A stretch of 64,000 nucleotides of DNA from the NCBI GenBank assembly GCA_963799485.1, contig CAWCXJ010000009.1:1-64000 (forward strand). Reading direction: 5' to 3'. Within the stretch, counting starts at the first letter, position 1. Each line of letters opens with the position of its first letter. Source of the stretch: an uncultured Trueperaceae bacterium. Its GTDB lineage: Bacteria; Deinococcota; Deinococci; Deinococcales; Trueperaceae. Made by a program: the position numbers and the translations under genes. This document shows positions 1 through 9,851 of this stretch, piece by piece. The notes under the pieces were generated by a model, which did no database searches, had not been told where the DNA came from, and was given only the letters and a program-made list of their open reading frames with translations.

Positions 1-874
1 AGACCTCCTGCGAAAGTCAGGTTTGGAGCTGAGCGTTGATGAGCCCGGCGATGAGGCGAAAACGTAAGGAGAAGCGCTTGCGGCGGTTGCGGTAGGGGTC
101 TTTGAGGATGTGCCAGATTTTCAGTGAGCGGATAGTGTGTTCGACGGTGACGCGGAAGCGGGCGAGCGAGCGGTTGTGGGCTTTGTCTTCAGGTTTAGGT
201 TCAGCTCCGCGCGGTTTGCGGATAGGTAGACAGCGCTGCCGATGGTCTTTGGCATAACCTTGATAACCGCCGTCGGCGACGACCCAGACGTGGGCTTGCA
301 GCTTGGGGTCAGCCGTTCTCAGGAGGGTGAGGTCGTTCGTTGACCCCGGGGCGTGGGCGGTGGCGAGAAGCTTGTGGCTTCTCGCGTCGAGGACGACCTG
401 ACTTTTCAAGGTATGGCACTTTTTCTTGCCGCTGTAGTAGCGCCGCTGGTTTTTTTGGGGCGTTCGGTGCGCGTCTCGGTGGCGTCGACCAAGACCACCA
501 CCCAGTCATGCTCGGCGACTTCACGGCGTTGGGGCAAGCTGAACTGACCCGAGCTGACCAGCGCGTCTTCAGTCTGCCTGATGATGCGACAGGCGGTTGC
601 TTCATGTACCCCGTAACTCGCCGCAATATGAAACTGCGTCCGGTACTCTCGCCAATACATCAGCGTCAACAACACCTTGTCTTCAAGAGAAAGCTTGCCC
701 GGGCGGCCTGACTTCTTGTGCCTCTGCGCTTCTCGAAGCACCCCGATCATCTCCCCGAACACCACCGGTTTGACACCCGTCAGCCGTTTGAACGCTTTTG
801 GACTTAAGTCTTTCACTGCTTCGTAACGCATCTGACCACCTTGCAACAGCTCGCCTTACTTCTGCAAGAGGTCT
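1..874 (-). mobile_element. IS5-family insertion sequence (ISL2/IS702-like), copy 1
   Basis: Imperfect terminal inverted repeats AGACCTCCTGCGAAAGT / AGACCTCTTGCAGAAGT enclose two overlapping transposase ORFs. Confidence 0.9.
17..831 (-). CDS. IS5-family transposase in two frames (probable programmed frameshift)
   Basis: N-part MRYEAVKDLSPKAFKRLTGV (HTH) ...VLVDATE. C-part VVADGGYQG...RVTVEHTIRSLKIW (DDE). An A7 run (CCCCAAAAAAACC on minus strand, ~450-460) lies at the frame overlap. Confidence 0.85.
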
Positions 875-1113
875 ATTAGCTCAAAACGACGTTTGGCTGT
901 GTCCTTGAAAAGATTTGCAAAGTCAGTTCGTTCCCGTTTACCCTTGCGCCCCGATTCGACGTCAACATAGGTTTTATAGATTGTCCATCTTTGCTCGGCA
1001 CAAAGCACCTGAAGTTGTCGGAGTTAGTTTTCAGCCTCTTGATCCATCGTCGAGACGCGGAGATAGATTCCGACACGCTGCTTTTTGATCGCTACGGACG
1101 TGTCCTCAACCAT
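875..1113 (-). pseudogene. Serine recombinase (resolvase) N-terminal remnant, copy 1
   Basis: Manual translation from ATG 1113: MVEDTSVAIKKQRVGIYLRVSTMDQEAEN*LRQL...YVDVESGRKGKRERTDFANLFKD...FELI. It has the YxRVST catalytic motif and an internal TAA at 1024-1026, and is cut by the IS at 874. It is absent from the ORF track. Confidence 0.88.
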
Positions 1114-1212
1114 ATCAAAAAATCGTACGATTTTTGATAGTTCGTTTTAGCCGCGCTTTTATGCTTACTGCTCGCTTTTAGTCGAGGTGTTCGGAGTACC
1201 CTTTTCTGACAG
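1114..1212. promoter_or_regulatory. Putative res site / operator upstream of the resolvase
   Basis: Near-perfect palindrome ATCAAAAAATCGTACGATTTTTGAT (1114-1138) abuts the resolvase ATG, followed by related T-tract half sites (TTTTAGCC, TTTTAGTC, TTTTCTGAC). Confidence 0.5.
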
Positions 1213-1223
1213 GCGGTAAAGCG

Positions 1224-2507
1224 TCAATTAGAAATGAGGTTACTTATCCAAAGCGCTACAGGCTCAAGACTTTCTGCTAGCCAAGAACGAGCGGAGGGTA
1301 GATTTAGTAGGAACATCGCTCCTGAGAAGACGAGACCTACAACAACGACGGAGTTGACGAAGAAGAGAAGCCACCAAACCTGAGACTTTCGCGCATCAAG
1401 GTCAGAAAAAGCCGCTTTAAGGCTCTCAAAGAGTTCGGGAAGCTCCTTTTGATATCTCGTTTGGCGCGATGTGTATTCATCGCTAATTGCCCTCAAAGTT
1501 CGATATTGGTTTTTGGTCAAAACAAACATCAAAATCGCAAAGACGACAGCTCCAGCTAAGATAGATGAGTTTGCTAATAACCTAGAAAGATATTGGCTCG
1601 TTCCTTGTTCAGCCCCAACGAGCTTCATCTGGCCGCCAATGAGCACAAGAGAAATGGGGACGGCTAAGATTTGAGTTTGGATACTGCTGATTACGTTATT
1701 CAAGCTCACGATATACTCGCGCTTCCGCGCTTCCAGCTTTTCCTTTTCGTTCTCAAACGAAAACTCTGTTATGTACAGTTGGTAGTCGGCATGGAATTTC
1801 TGCCACACTAAATCCAATTTCGACAACAGCGCCCGGAACCGCTCTTGCGTAGGAATGTTCTGTAGTGTTTCTAGCAAAGCACTAGTTAGCAGAGTTTTTT
1901 TTACCTCATAGTGCAAGCCTTCGGAAAAGGCGTAGCTATATTTTTCGTACGATCTCGGTTCTTGGTTCATCTCATGCGAGCTGTAAACGATCTTCAAATC
2001 AAGCCGCCTCTTACCGCCAATGAATATAAAAGTTTCATTTGGCAGATCAACGTATTCGGCCAGGCTTCTAAGCAGGTTGATGAAGGTCAGTGTACGTCTA
2101 TAAGCTTTTACTAGATGCGATTGAGATGCGTTCTCATCCGCGTTTGTATAGGCAACATCACTTATGAGATACGTTCGGGGCTCTTTGATTCTGAAATTAA
2201 AATGCTCTAATAAATCGTCGAAATCTTTAGCGACAAACGCCCATTGCGTTCTCACCGGATGAACTGAGAGTCGAAGCTTGCCACCCTCCTCAACGGTAGA
2301 AATAGCTGTTTCCAGGCTTAGAACTGAACCATCAAACTTTTCCAGTTCAATCTGTGTGTCACCGCCACTGTCAAGCGCTTGTAACAGCGAGACGGTACTT
2401 GCTGACTTGGTGAGAACACCTCTAAATGCCGCTTGTTCCCAGCGGACGTCCGAGCACTGCGCCAGTAGATCTCTAGTTTTCTGTACGATCTGTTTGGCGT
2501 CGGTCAT
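1224..2507 (-). CDS. Hypothetical membrane protein (soluble N-terminus, coiled coil, ~3 C-terminal TM helices)
   Basis: 427-aa ORF with hydrophobic segments QILAVPISLVLIGG, ILAGAVVFAILMFVL and VWWLLFFVNSVVVVGLVFSGAMFLL. It lies 12 bp downstream of the NdpA-like gene, with a GAGGAA RBS. Confidence 0.85.
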   Translation of the reverse strand: MTDAKQIVQKTRDLLAQCSDVRWEQAAFRGVLTKSASTVSLLQALDSGGDTQIELEKFDGSVLSLETAISTVEEGGKLRLSVHPVRTQWAFVAKDFDDLLEHFNFRIKEPRTYLISDVAYTNADENASQSHLVKAYRRTLTFINLLRSLAEYVDLPNETFIFIGGKRRLDLKIVYSSHEMNQEPRSYEKYSYAFSEGLHYEVKKTLLTSALLETLQNIPTQERFRALLSKLDLVWQKFHADYQLYITEFSFENEKEKLEARKREYIVSLNNVISSIQTQILAVPISLVLIGGQMKLVGAEQGTSQYLSRLLANSSILAGAVVFAILMFVLTKNQYRTLRAISDEYTSRQTRYQKELPELFESLKAAFSDLDARKSQVWWLLFFVNSVVVVGLVFSGAMFLLNLPSARSWLAESLEPVALWISNLISN

Positions 2508-2519
2508 AGATGTTCCTCG

Positions 2520-3515
2520 TTACCCTTCTAACCCAGTAGTCAGCTGTTGAACCAGACTTTCAGGTATACCCTTAATTTTTAAGGTATCATTTTCGGCATC
2601 GTACTGTACGCGCTCGCCTAACAAACTGGCATTGAAGGTAATCGACATCTCGTCGTTTCTTCCTGAGTATCTAACAAGTCTGCGAAGCCCACGTTTGTCA
2701 AGCAAAATTTCGTTATTGATTTGTTCGTCGCTTTTATTAACATGCTCAAGAAAGGCTTCTGAGTTAGCCTCATCAAGATAGCGCGAGAGCTCATTGAGAT
2801 AGACGGGGGCGTTGTGTTCTAACCGATCTTCACAGTAGGAGTGAACACGGGATTTTAGTTCCTCCTCTTTTACAGTTCCTAGCTCATTCACCCGAGCAAA
2901 TGACCTTACAATAGCGACAAGACCTGCTGTATCTTTCATTGAATCAGAGAATTCTTGAATTCCGACGAATCTTTTGAAATACTCCGTTACGACCGTGTTG
3001 TGCCGACCCTTGACAAAAGAGACATACTTTTGAGCATTTCCGAGCTGCCACCTCGTTATGTCAATACTCGCAGCTAGATGGAGGTTGTCAAGTTCAAGAT
3101 GATTGACGTCAAGCACGTCGAGGTGGCTGTTAAATGAAACGCCTTCGGTATCTTTCAACATAACAACCATAAATCGACGTTGATTGAATTGCTCAAACGT
3201 CACGAAAAGCACGTAGCCACCGGTCGCTAGCTGAGCTTTGACGATCTCATCACTTAGAATATTCATGGCAGTTTGAGTAAACGAGACAAAGTGCGTTGCA
3301 TCATCTAGGTAGCCCTTCAAAGGCGCACTAAAATGAGTAGGGCCGAAATTCCCATATGCTCGACCGGAACGTTTGCTGTAAAGGTCGGCGATTCGTACTA
3401 TCAGTCTGCTAACTTTAGGCTCTACAAAGAGTTCATCCTCACGGAGCTGGACGGTAGCTGAGGTCTGATGTCGATCTTTTTGAAGTGAGTGGACGATAAC
3501 GTTTTGGATGTTCAC
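2520..3515 (-). CDS. YejK/NdpA-family nucleoid-associated protein
   Basis: 331 aa with family-like motifs IQNVIVHSLQK, AYGNF, ATGGYVLF, LHLAASIDIT, YVSFVKGR, YFKRFVG, and a C-terminal ITFNASLLGERVQYD...LKIKGIP. Confidence 0.8.
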   Translation of the reverse strand: MNIQNVIVHSLQKDRHQTSATVQLREDELFVEPKVSRLIVRIADLYSKRSGRAYGNFGPTHFSAPLKGYLDDATHFVSFTQTAMNILSDEIVKAQLATGGYVLFVTFEQFNQRRFMVVMLKDTEGVSFNSHLDVLDVNHLELDNLHLAASIDITRWQLGNAQKYVSFVKGRHNTVVTEYFKRFVGIQEFSDSMKDTAGLVAIVRSFARVNELGTVKEEELKSRVHSYCEDRLEHNAPVYLNELSRYLDEANSEAFLEHVNKSDEQINNEILLDKRGLRRLVRYSGRNDEMSITFNASLLGERVQYDAENDTLKIKGIPESLVQQLTTGLEG

Positions 3516-3555
3516 TTCAGGCCCGCAACCTTAAAATTAAAACAATGCATCTCAC

Positions 3556-6500
3556 CTATTCTTCCTCAAACCCAGCACTCAAGAACTTCAGCGTTCGGCT
3601 ATTTTCCGTGACCGTCCGCACAACGTTCTCAGGCGCTCCCGTATCGAAGCGAGCCCGAATCTCGAGCACTAACTCCACTTCAGCTCCGGCAAGCCCGTTC
3701 AGATGCTGCACTACCGCGTCCCCGATGCTGTTGGCGTCCCTGATAAAGCGTGTAGGGTCAAGTCTGGCAGAGCCGTAAAAACGCTTAAGCTGAACGTCTC
3801 GAGGTTGACTCGGGGGCGGCGTAGGCTCAGCTGCTCCATAGGTGGGTTCAGCAGCAGAAGTAGGGTTGACCGGAGTAGACTCAGCGATGACCCGCTCAGC
3901 TTCAAGCTGCTTCGTTGCCGCGTCCGGCTGAACCAGTAATCCTTTATTTAGATCAAGGGGCACATCACCTGTACGGAGGCCGATGTAACGTCCCTTCTCA
4001 GCGTCGTAACCATCCGCGTAGGCAAACGACTCGACCGACCAGGTAAGGAGCCTAAGTCCGTCTTTTACGGCCTCAAGTAATACCGTAGAGTCTCTAAGTC
4101 GGGGTAAATAGAGGTAGCTGGTAAAGTCTTCAGACAGCTGTTTGAGACCGACATGATCCCCACGCCAGAGCGGAATGGTGTCAAGCGCGCGTTTGAGGAG
4201 CGTACCGGCGAGCACAGTGATCAGATAGTCGTCGGCGCGCAGACGTTTGGCTGTGCGCACTACCAAACCCTCTTTAGCCGTCAGACGTACCTCCTCCCAG
4301 ATAATCGGCCCTCGCGGGTCGGGTTGGCTGGGAATCAAGAGCCACTGATACGCTTCAGGAACACGTGAGACGAGCGTCTTCTCAGCGTCCGCTGCTTTAG
4401 TTTTCGCCTGATTGCGCTGGAAGGTATCGAGGTTGAGATTTTCCTGTTTCGCGTCGTCCTCAACCGAACGCCAAGCTAGAAACGCACGAACTGCACCCTC
4501 GAGATCTCCGTACCGAGCAGCGTCTACAGCGAGAAAGACCAAGGTGTTTTTATAGGTACGTGCCCCACTACCCCGCGTCTCGAGGATGCTGGCCGCTTCG
4601 TGATGTGCCGGGCTTTCTTTGGCTCTAGCTGAGTGCGATATACCCGGCCCGAGGATGACCAGCGCCGCCCCCGGTTCGTTGGGCACATCACTGCTCGAGT
4701 CGGGCATCACATGGACGCGGGCAAAATCTGCTCGCGCCTTCGCTTCGGTTTGCAGGCGTTCACGTATCTCTTCAAACACTGCATCTTCAGAGAGTTCTCC
4801 GGCACGGTCTTGGGCGAGCCTCGAGACGCTCGGCTGCGTCGCGTACCAGTAGCGTTCGTTGTTGATATAGAGGTGCGTCGCCTGGTCGCTCAACCGACGC
4901 AGTGCGTCGCCAAAAGTCGAGACGGTTTCGCCCGGTTGTACGCACCCTAGTTTGACCGTTTCAGACGTTACGCCCTTGTTTTCCAAACGCAGGGTCGGTG
5001 CAGAACCCAAGTAGAGCGTCCGCGCTACCCGCCGACACGCCGAGTAGCGGCCCAAGTTCGGATATTCGCCGTCGAGCTTGAGCGGCAGTGAATCGGGGCC
5101 GTCTACGTCTTTTTCGAGTACCGGCAGCCAGTTGTCTTCAAGGTAGCGTGTTAGTTCAGATTGAACAGGTGCCGCGTCGATGGGAACCGTTGCAGGCAAG
5201 ATCAGTAAGCTCTTGTCCTCGCGCTTCCAGAGTTCATGGATTACGGCTGCCATGAGCCGCAAGACGCCGCGCGTCCGCTGAAACTTTTCGAGTGATGACC
5301 AATCGGTGTAGAGCCGCTCGAACAGCTCGGGGTGAATCGGATAAGCTGCCCGCATCCGCCTTTCGTACTCGGCTTCGCGGGTTCCCGCCGGAAACTCGCC
5401 CGCATTGTCGCGGTACATGCTCATGCACGCTTTGATCACCGCGTCGCGCTGTGGGTATTGGTCGGGGTTCATTTCTTGAAAAAGCCGCCGCCGGACGATC
5501 TCGAAACTCTCGTCGCTGCTCGCTGGCCGCCACGCCGACTCGAGCCGTCCTATCGCATTTTTGAGCCGCTCTAAGGCCAGCTGTCCGCGTTCGCCCCCGA
5601 CCTCGATATACGAACCCGGTTGACCCTGCGTATTCGAGTCACTCGAGGGAATGCTGACGATCAGCAGTGTGTTGGGTGCCGCCTTCGCCGCTTCGGTGAG
5701 CGTCTGGGCAAAAGTGAAGTGCGTTTCAAAACTGCCACCGGGCAGGTCGCTCTCGGTGTGCAGCTGCCGCGCGTAGGCCACCCACTCGTCAATCAAAATC
5801 AGGCATGGGCCGTATTTGACAAAGAGTTGCCGGAGTGTGTCGCCGGGGTTCGTCGAGGTCTCGTCGGCTTCGCGGAGCATCTCAAAGCCTTCGCGCCGCC
5901 CAAGCTGATAGGCGATCTCACCCCAGAGCGTCCGCACGACCGTCCCGTCGGCTTTACGGCTCGGTTGCCCCGGTGAAATCTTGTTCCCGACCAACACGAC
6001 CCGTTTGACGCCGCTCGGTTTTGCGCTGCCAACTTGTTCCAAGACCGGCTCGAGCCCCGGCAAATCGGTCAAGCTACGACCGGAAAACAGGTGATACAAG
6101 GCCAGCATCGAGTGCGTTTTACCGCCGCCGAAGTTCGTCTGCAACTCGACCACCGGGTCGCCGCCCCGCCCCGACAGCCGTTTGATGGCGTTCGTCAGGA
6201 GACCTTTGAGCCCGTCTGTCAGGTAGGTGCGGCGGAAAAACTCGGTCGGCTCCATGTACTCGCTCGACGCGCCCTCGCCGATAAAGACCTGCCACAAGTC
6301 GGCGGCAAATTCGGCCTGCCGAAAGGTGCCTTTCATCACGTCTTTGTGCGGGGTAATCAGCTCGCGCCACGGTTTTAGGGCGGTGTTGGGGGTGCCCTCG
6401 AGCGTGCTCACCCGGGCCACCTTGCGCGTCTCACGCCGCGCCTGCTCTTCGTAGACCGTCCGCCGCAGCTCTTGTTTGCTGCGCTCGACCTCGGTTGCTT

Positions 6501-6876
6501 GTTGACCGGCGCTGACCGCGTTCAAGAGCCGCACCATCGTGTCCAGACCTCGGTCGGTGTCGTCACTGCTAAACGTCTTCTGATGCGCCCAATCGTTACG
6601 CACGACCCGCAGTTCACTGACATAGGTGCGCTCCGTATGCCCGAGCGTTTTGCGAAACACCTCGTTCCACTGCCCCCACATCAAGACCAAGAGCGCGTGA
6701 ACATCCATTTCGCTCTTGCCGTCCATAAACTCGTGCGTCTCGCGCAGCGTGCGGAGCGCCACCGTCGCCCACTCGTCGCCGTAAACCGCCCGCAACTCCC
6801 GCTCGACAAACGGCGTCAAGCCTTGTTTGAGGAGTTCTAACCCTTTGCCGATACGCTCAGCGTTCGAGACCGCCAT
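3556..6876 (-). CDS. Swt1-like HEPN + DUF499 AAA+ ATPase
   Basis: Likely start MAVSNAERIG at 6876 (TAATG overlap with the methylase stop). HEPN RNDWAH, LKPWRELITPHKDV, Walker A LQTNFGGGKTH, Walker B LILIDE, YPIHPE, FQRTRGVLRL. Confidence 0.9.
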   Translation of the reverse strand: MAVSNAERIGKGLELLKQGLTPFVERELRAVYGDEWATVALRTLRETHEFMDGKSEMDVHALLVLMWGQWNEVFRKTLGHTERTYVSELRVVRNDWAHQKTFSSDDTDRGLDTMVRLLNAVSAGQQATEVERSKQELRRTVYEEQARRETRKVARVSTLEGTPNTALKPWRELITPHKDVMKGTFRQAEFAADLWQVFIGEGASSEYMEPTEFFRRTYLTDGLKGLLTNAIKRLSGRGGDPVVELQTNFGGGKTHSMLALYHLFSGRSLTDLPGLEPVLEQVGSAKPSGVKRVVLVGNKISPGQPSRKADGTVVRTLWGEIAYQLGRREGFEMLREADETSTNPGDTLRQLFVKYGPCLILIDEWVAYARQLHTESDLPGGSFETHFTFAQTLTEAAKAAPNTLLIVSIPSSDSNTQGQPGSYIEVGGERGQLALERLKNAIGRLESAWRPASSDESFEIVRRRLFQEMNPDQYPQRDAVIKACMSMYRDNAGEFPAGTREAEYERRMRAAYPIHPELFERLYTDWSSLEKFQRTRGVLRLMAAVIHELWKREDKSLLILPATVPIDAAPVQSELTRYLEDNWLPVLEKDVDGPDSLPLKLDGEYPNLGRYSACRRVARTLYLGSAPTLRLENKGVTSETVKLGCVQPGETVSTFGDALRRLSDQATHLYINNERYWYATQPSVSRLAQDRAGELSEDAVFEEIRERLQTEAKARADFARVHVMPDSSSDVPNEPGAALVILGPGISHSARAKESPAHHEAASILETRGSGARTYKNTLVFLAVDAARYGDLEGAVRAFLAWRSVEDDAKQENLNLDTFQRNQAKTKAADAEKTLVSRVPEAYQWLLIPSQPDPRGPIIWEEVRLTAKEGLVVRTAKRLRADDYLITVLAGTLLKRALDTIPLWRGDHVGLKQLSEDFTSYLYLPRLRDSTVLLEAVKDGLRLLTWSVESFAYADGYDAEKGRYIGLRTGDVPLDLNKGLLVQPDAATKQLEAERVIAESTPVNPTSAAEPTYGAAEPTPPPSQPRDVQLKRFYGSARLDPTRFIRDANSIGDAVVQHLNGLAGAEVELVLEIRARFDTGAPENVVRTVTENSRTLKFLSAGFEEE

Positions 6877-9700
6877 TACTGACCTCCAAAAGCACTGGGC
6901 TGCGACACCGCCGAGGGTTGCGGCAAGTTCGCCGCCAGCTTGGTCAGTTCCGGCCACACGCTCACCAGCGCGTTATACGCCAAAGCCTCCTGCGCCCATT
7001 TCTTGCGTTCGCACAAGCTGTAAAGCCGGTACGCCAAATCACGTGCAATCTCCGCCGTGCTGCCCAAAGCTGCCAGCAGCGCCGCCGCCTTCTCCTCACC
7101 ACCCTCTTCAAGCCGCTTGACGAGGTGCTGCGTCGCCTCCCAGATGTTCGTGTCGTCGTCTGTGAGCGGGTCCCAGTCGGCGGGGAGTTCGCTGCGCCTC
7201 AGGAGCCGCACCCGGCCCGAACGCGAGTGCAAAATCCCGGCCTCGACCATGCCCAAAACCGAAGTGTTTTTCGCCTTCGAGAGTGTTTCCGCGTCGCCAT
7301 ACGGCCCCTCACCCATGCTGTACTGCTCGAACCACGAGAGCGCCCAGCGCGTATCCGGCCCGAACTCGCCCTCTTGCTCCGCCAAGACTTCATCCAACAT
7401 CCCATTGATGATGGCGAGCGCCGCGCGTACCGGCATCGGTTTCCCGTCGGACTCCAAGACCTTGGCGTAGCGGCTGAAGACCGCCATACCGGGGCCGATA
7501 GACGCTTGCGCCAGGTCTACCGGCGCGATGTTGCCCTGCTGAAGCTCGCGCAACGCTTGCGGCAGTTCGCGGCGCAGCGCGGTTAAGAATTCGCGGCGGG
7601 TGGCGGTGGGGGCGGTGTCGGGGCGGGGGCGGCAGACGAGGACGATGGAAGAGGCAAGCGCATTCGTTCCCCGTCCAATCATTCGCCCACTACTCTCTGT
7701 TCTCATAGGCCAGGTTCCAGTAATCTGAAATCCTGCTTCCATTAGCCCAGTAAGCATCGTTTCCCAACCTGTCGAGGCAACCGTAAGGCCGATGCCGCTG
7801 TCGTCTACCGCTTCAGATTCGGACTGTTTGAAGGCGTAGTAAACAGTCAGTGGAAAGTCCGAGTGCGCTGCTTCGCACATCCGCTCAAAAGCCTGACCTA
7901 AACCCTTCTCGAAAAAGTCTTGAGCTTTCTTTTTGCTGCCATCAAAACGGTACGGCGTAGCAACCAGCTCTTGCGTTTTAGGAACAAGAAGTGTACTGAA
8001 GATGTCTGGATAGAAACTGGAAAGTGAACGCCTCAACCAGACATAAAAGAAGTCAGATAAATCTGCGTAACCGATGTTGTCGTAATAAGGTGGGTCTGTC
8101 GAAATAACAACGTTCTGGACGCTGCCGCGTAACGCGGCAGCGTCCGCATTTTTTGCAATCCCTGCTTTTTGTGTGGGTAGAAATGTAATCGAATCTACTA
8201 CTCGCTCGAGAAACATACTGATGTTGCCGCCGGATTCACTCAATGGGTTTGCTTCGGCATAATCCCAAACCATTGGAATTGCTTGCCTAGCAAATGTTTC
8301 GCGTAAAGCTCCCCGGTCACTCATCCAACTTGAGATAGATGACCAAAGATTGGCCCCTTTGCTTACCCCACACGCCAGATAAACCGCCACCGCATCCGCA
8401 TACCCTCGAGCCTCATCTCCACCAGCCTCGAGCCCCTCGCCTTCGGGTAGGTTGGTCTCGAGGGCGTCTTTAAGCACTTTGTCTCTGGCTTCCTGCACCA
8501 AATCGCTAAAAGTCGTTAGCGCGACGAGTTGACGGGGCGTAAAAAGGTCGCCAAAGGTTCGCATTCCGTAATTCGGTGTTTTGAAGTCTCGAGGGTTACG
8601 GGGTAAATCGGCTTCGGGTTTCCAGACAGGTTTGGCCTCTGCCGCAATATCTGCCTGTTCTTGAGACGGTGCCACATAGGTGCGGCCTCGGTTTCCCTCT
8701 GCCACAACTGCCATAAGCTGGGCGCTCATCCGTCCAGCTTTACCTTCTGCGCGGATGTGGTCTAAGGTGACGGGCGACTCACACGCGACGCAGTGCGCCC
8801 CTTTTCGTCCTACGGTTCCTTCTGCTCTTGCACCTTCACCGCTCTTGATTTCAAAACTAATTTGTGGCGGCTTCTGACTGTTGTCTATGACCGGCTCGGC
8901 GTAGGCTTCCTTGCCCTTTTTAGTAGATAATGACCATTTGTTCGTCAATGGCATCTGGGCTCCACAAGCAGGGTTTGGACATGTCACAGTGCGTACCCAA
9001 AGCCACGCAATCACCGTTGCTTCACCGCCATCCGGCAGTTTGGCCTTGGGGTAGAGGTGCCCGATGCGCTTTTCTGCCTCGTCGCGCATCCACTTGCCGT
9101 AAAAGCGCACGTCTTCGGCTAAACCTTTTGCGCCCGTCCACTCGCCGGATTTTACGGCGCGGGAACGGTACTCCGGGTTGATGGGGGCGCGTCCGGCAAA
9201 CTTGGGCGGAATCTCAATCAGGGCTTTGTTGATTAACACCGCCACCGGGTTCAGGTCGCTGGCGTGCGCTTCCAGACCAAGACGCTGCGCCTCTAGCGGG
9301 ATGCTGCCGCCTCCGGCAAAGGGGTCGAGTACCGGCGGTGGGTTGCCGTCCGTCGAACGCATAATCTCAGCGCGGGCTTCGCCCAAGACCTTTTCATTCG
9401 TCGTGTTCTCCCACTTCACCAGTTCTTCAATGAGCCTGAATAGCCGCTGGCGTTCTTCGTCCTGCGTGGTTTCGTCCGGAAATCTGTCCGGGTGGCTGCT
9501 GGGGTCGTCTACCAGGCTGGCAAACAGCACGGCGCGGCAGGCGGCTAAGGGGCGGCGTGCCCACCACAGGTGCAGGGTGCTGGGGTGGCCGTGGCGGATG
9601 GACTTTTCGCGGGCAGAGGTTTGTTGATGGCCTCTAAGGGTAGCGCCACTTCGATGAGTTTGCGTTTGGGGGTGGGGTTTGGCGTCGTGGGGGTGGTCAT
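6876..9700 (-). CDS. DUF1156-family amino-DNA methyltransferase (one frameshift near the 5' end as assembled)
   Basis: [25 protein letters not shown], motif [22 protein letters not shown] zinc ribbon, motif IV TDPPYYD. One C is missing at ~9619 relative to copy 2. Confidence 0.88.
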
Positions 9701-9709
9701 AAGGCTCCT

Positions 9710-9830
9710 GATTGCGTCTGATTTGCGTTTGGGATTGCGTCTTTGGTACGCAATAATTCTCTTGAAAAAGCCGTTCTGGACGCAACTTTTGCTTTTATTG
9801 CGTCTGAACATTGCGTTTTATTGCGTTTTA
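9710..9830. repeat. Cluster of TTGCGT/ACGCAA hexamer repeats upstream of the methylase
   Basis: Six TTGCGT plus two inverted ACGCAA in a ~120-bp intergenic stretch. Also present in copy 2 (~27235-27355). Confidence 0.7.
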
Positions 9831-9851
9831 GTCTGTGCGGGTGATAGCGCA

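Noticed and set aside
876..1076. 66-aa ORF MSESISASRR... (and its copy at 18396-18596)
   Set aside because: Off-frame shadow of the resolvase pseudogene.
6877..6957. Extended N-termini in the ORF track (DUF499 at 6957, AlbA at 11627, murE at 40459, guaD at 59676, amidase at 59488)
   Set aside because: They overlap neighbouring genes or precede the conserved start. Downstream starts give clean stop/start coupling or family-typical N-termini.
9710..9830. CRISPR array or iteron origin
   Set aside because: The repeats are only 6-10 bp with no unique spacers of CRISPR length, and there are no cas or rep genes in the window.
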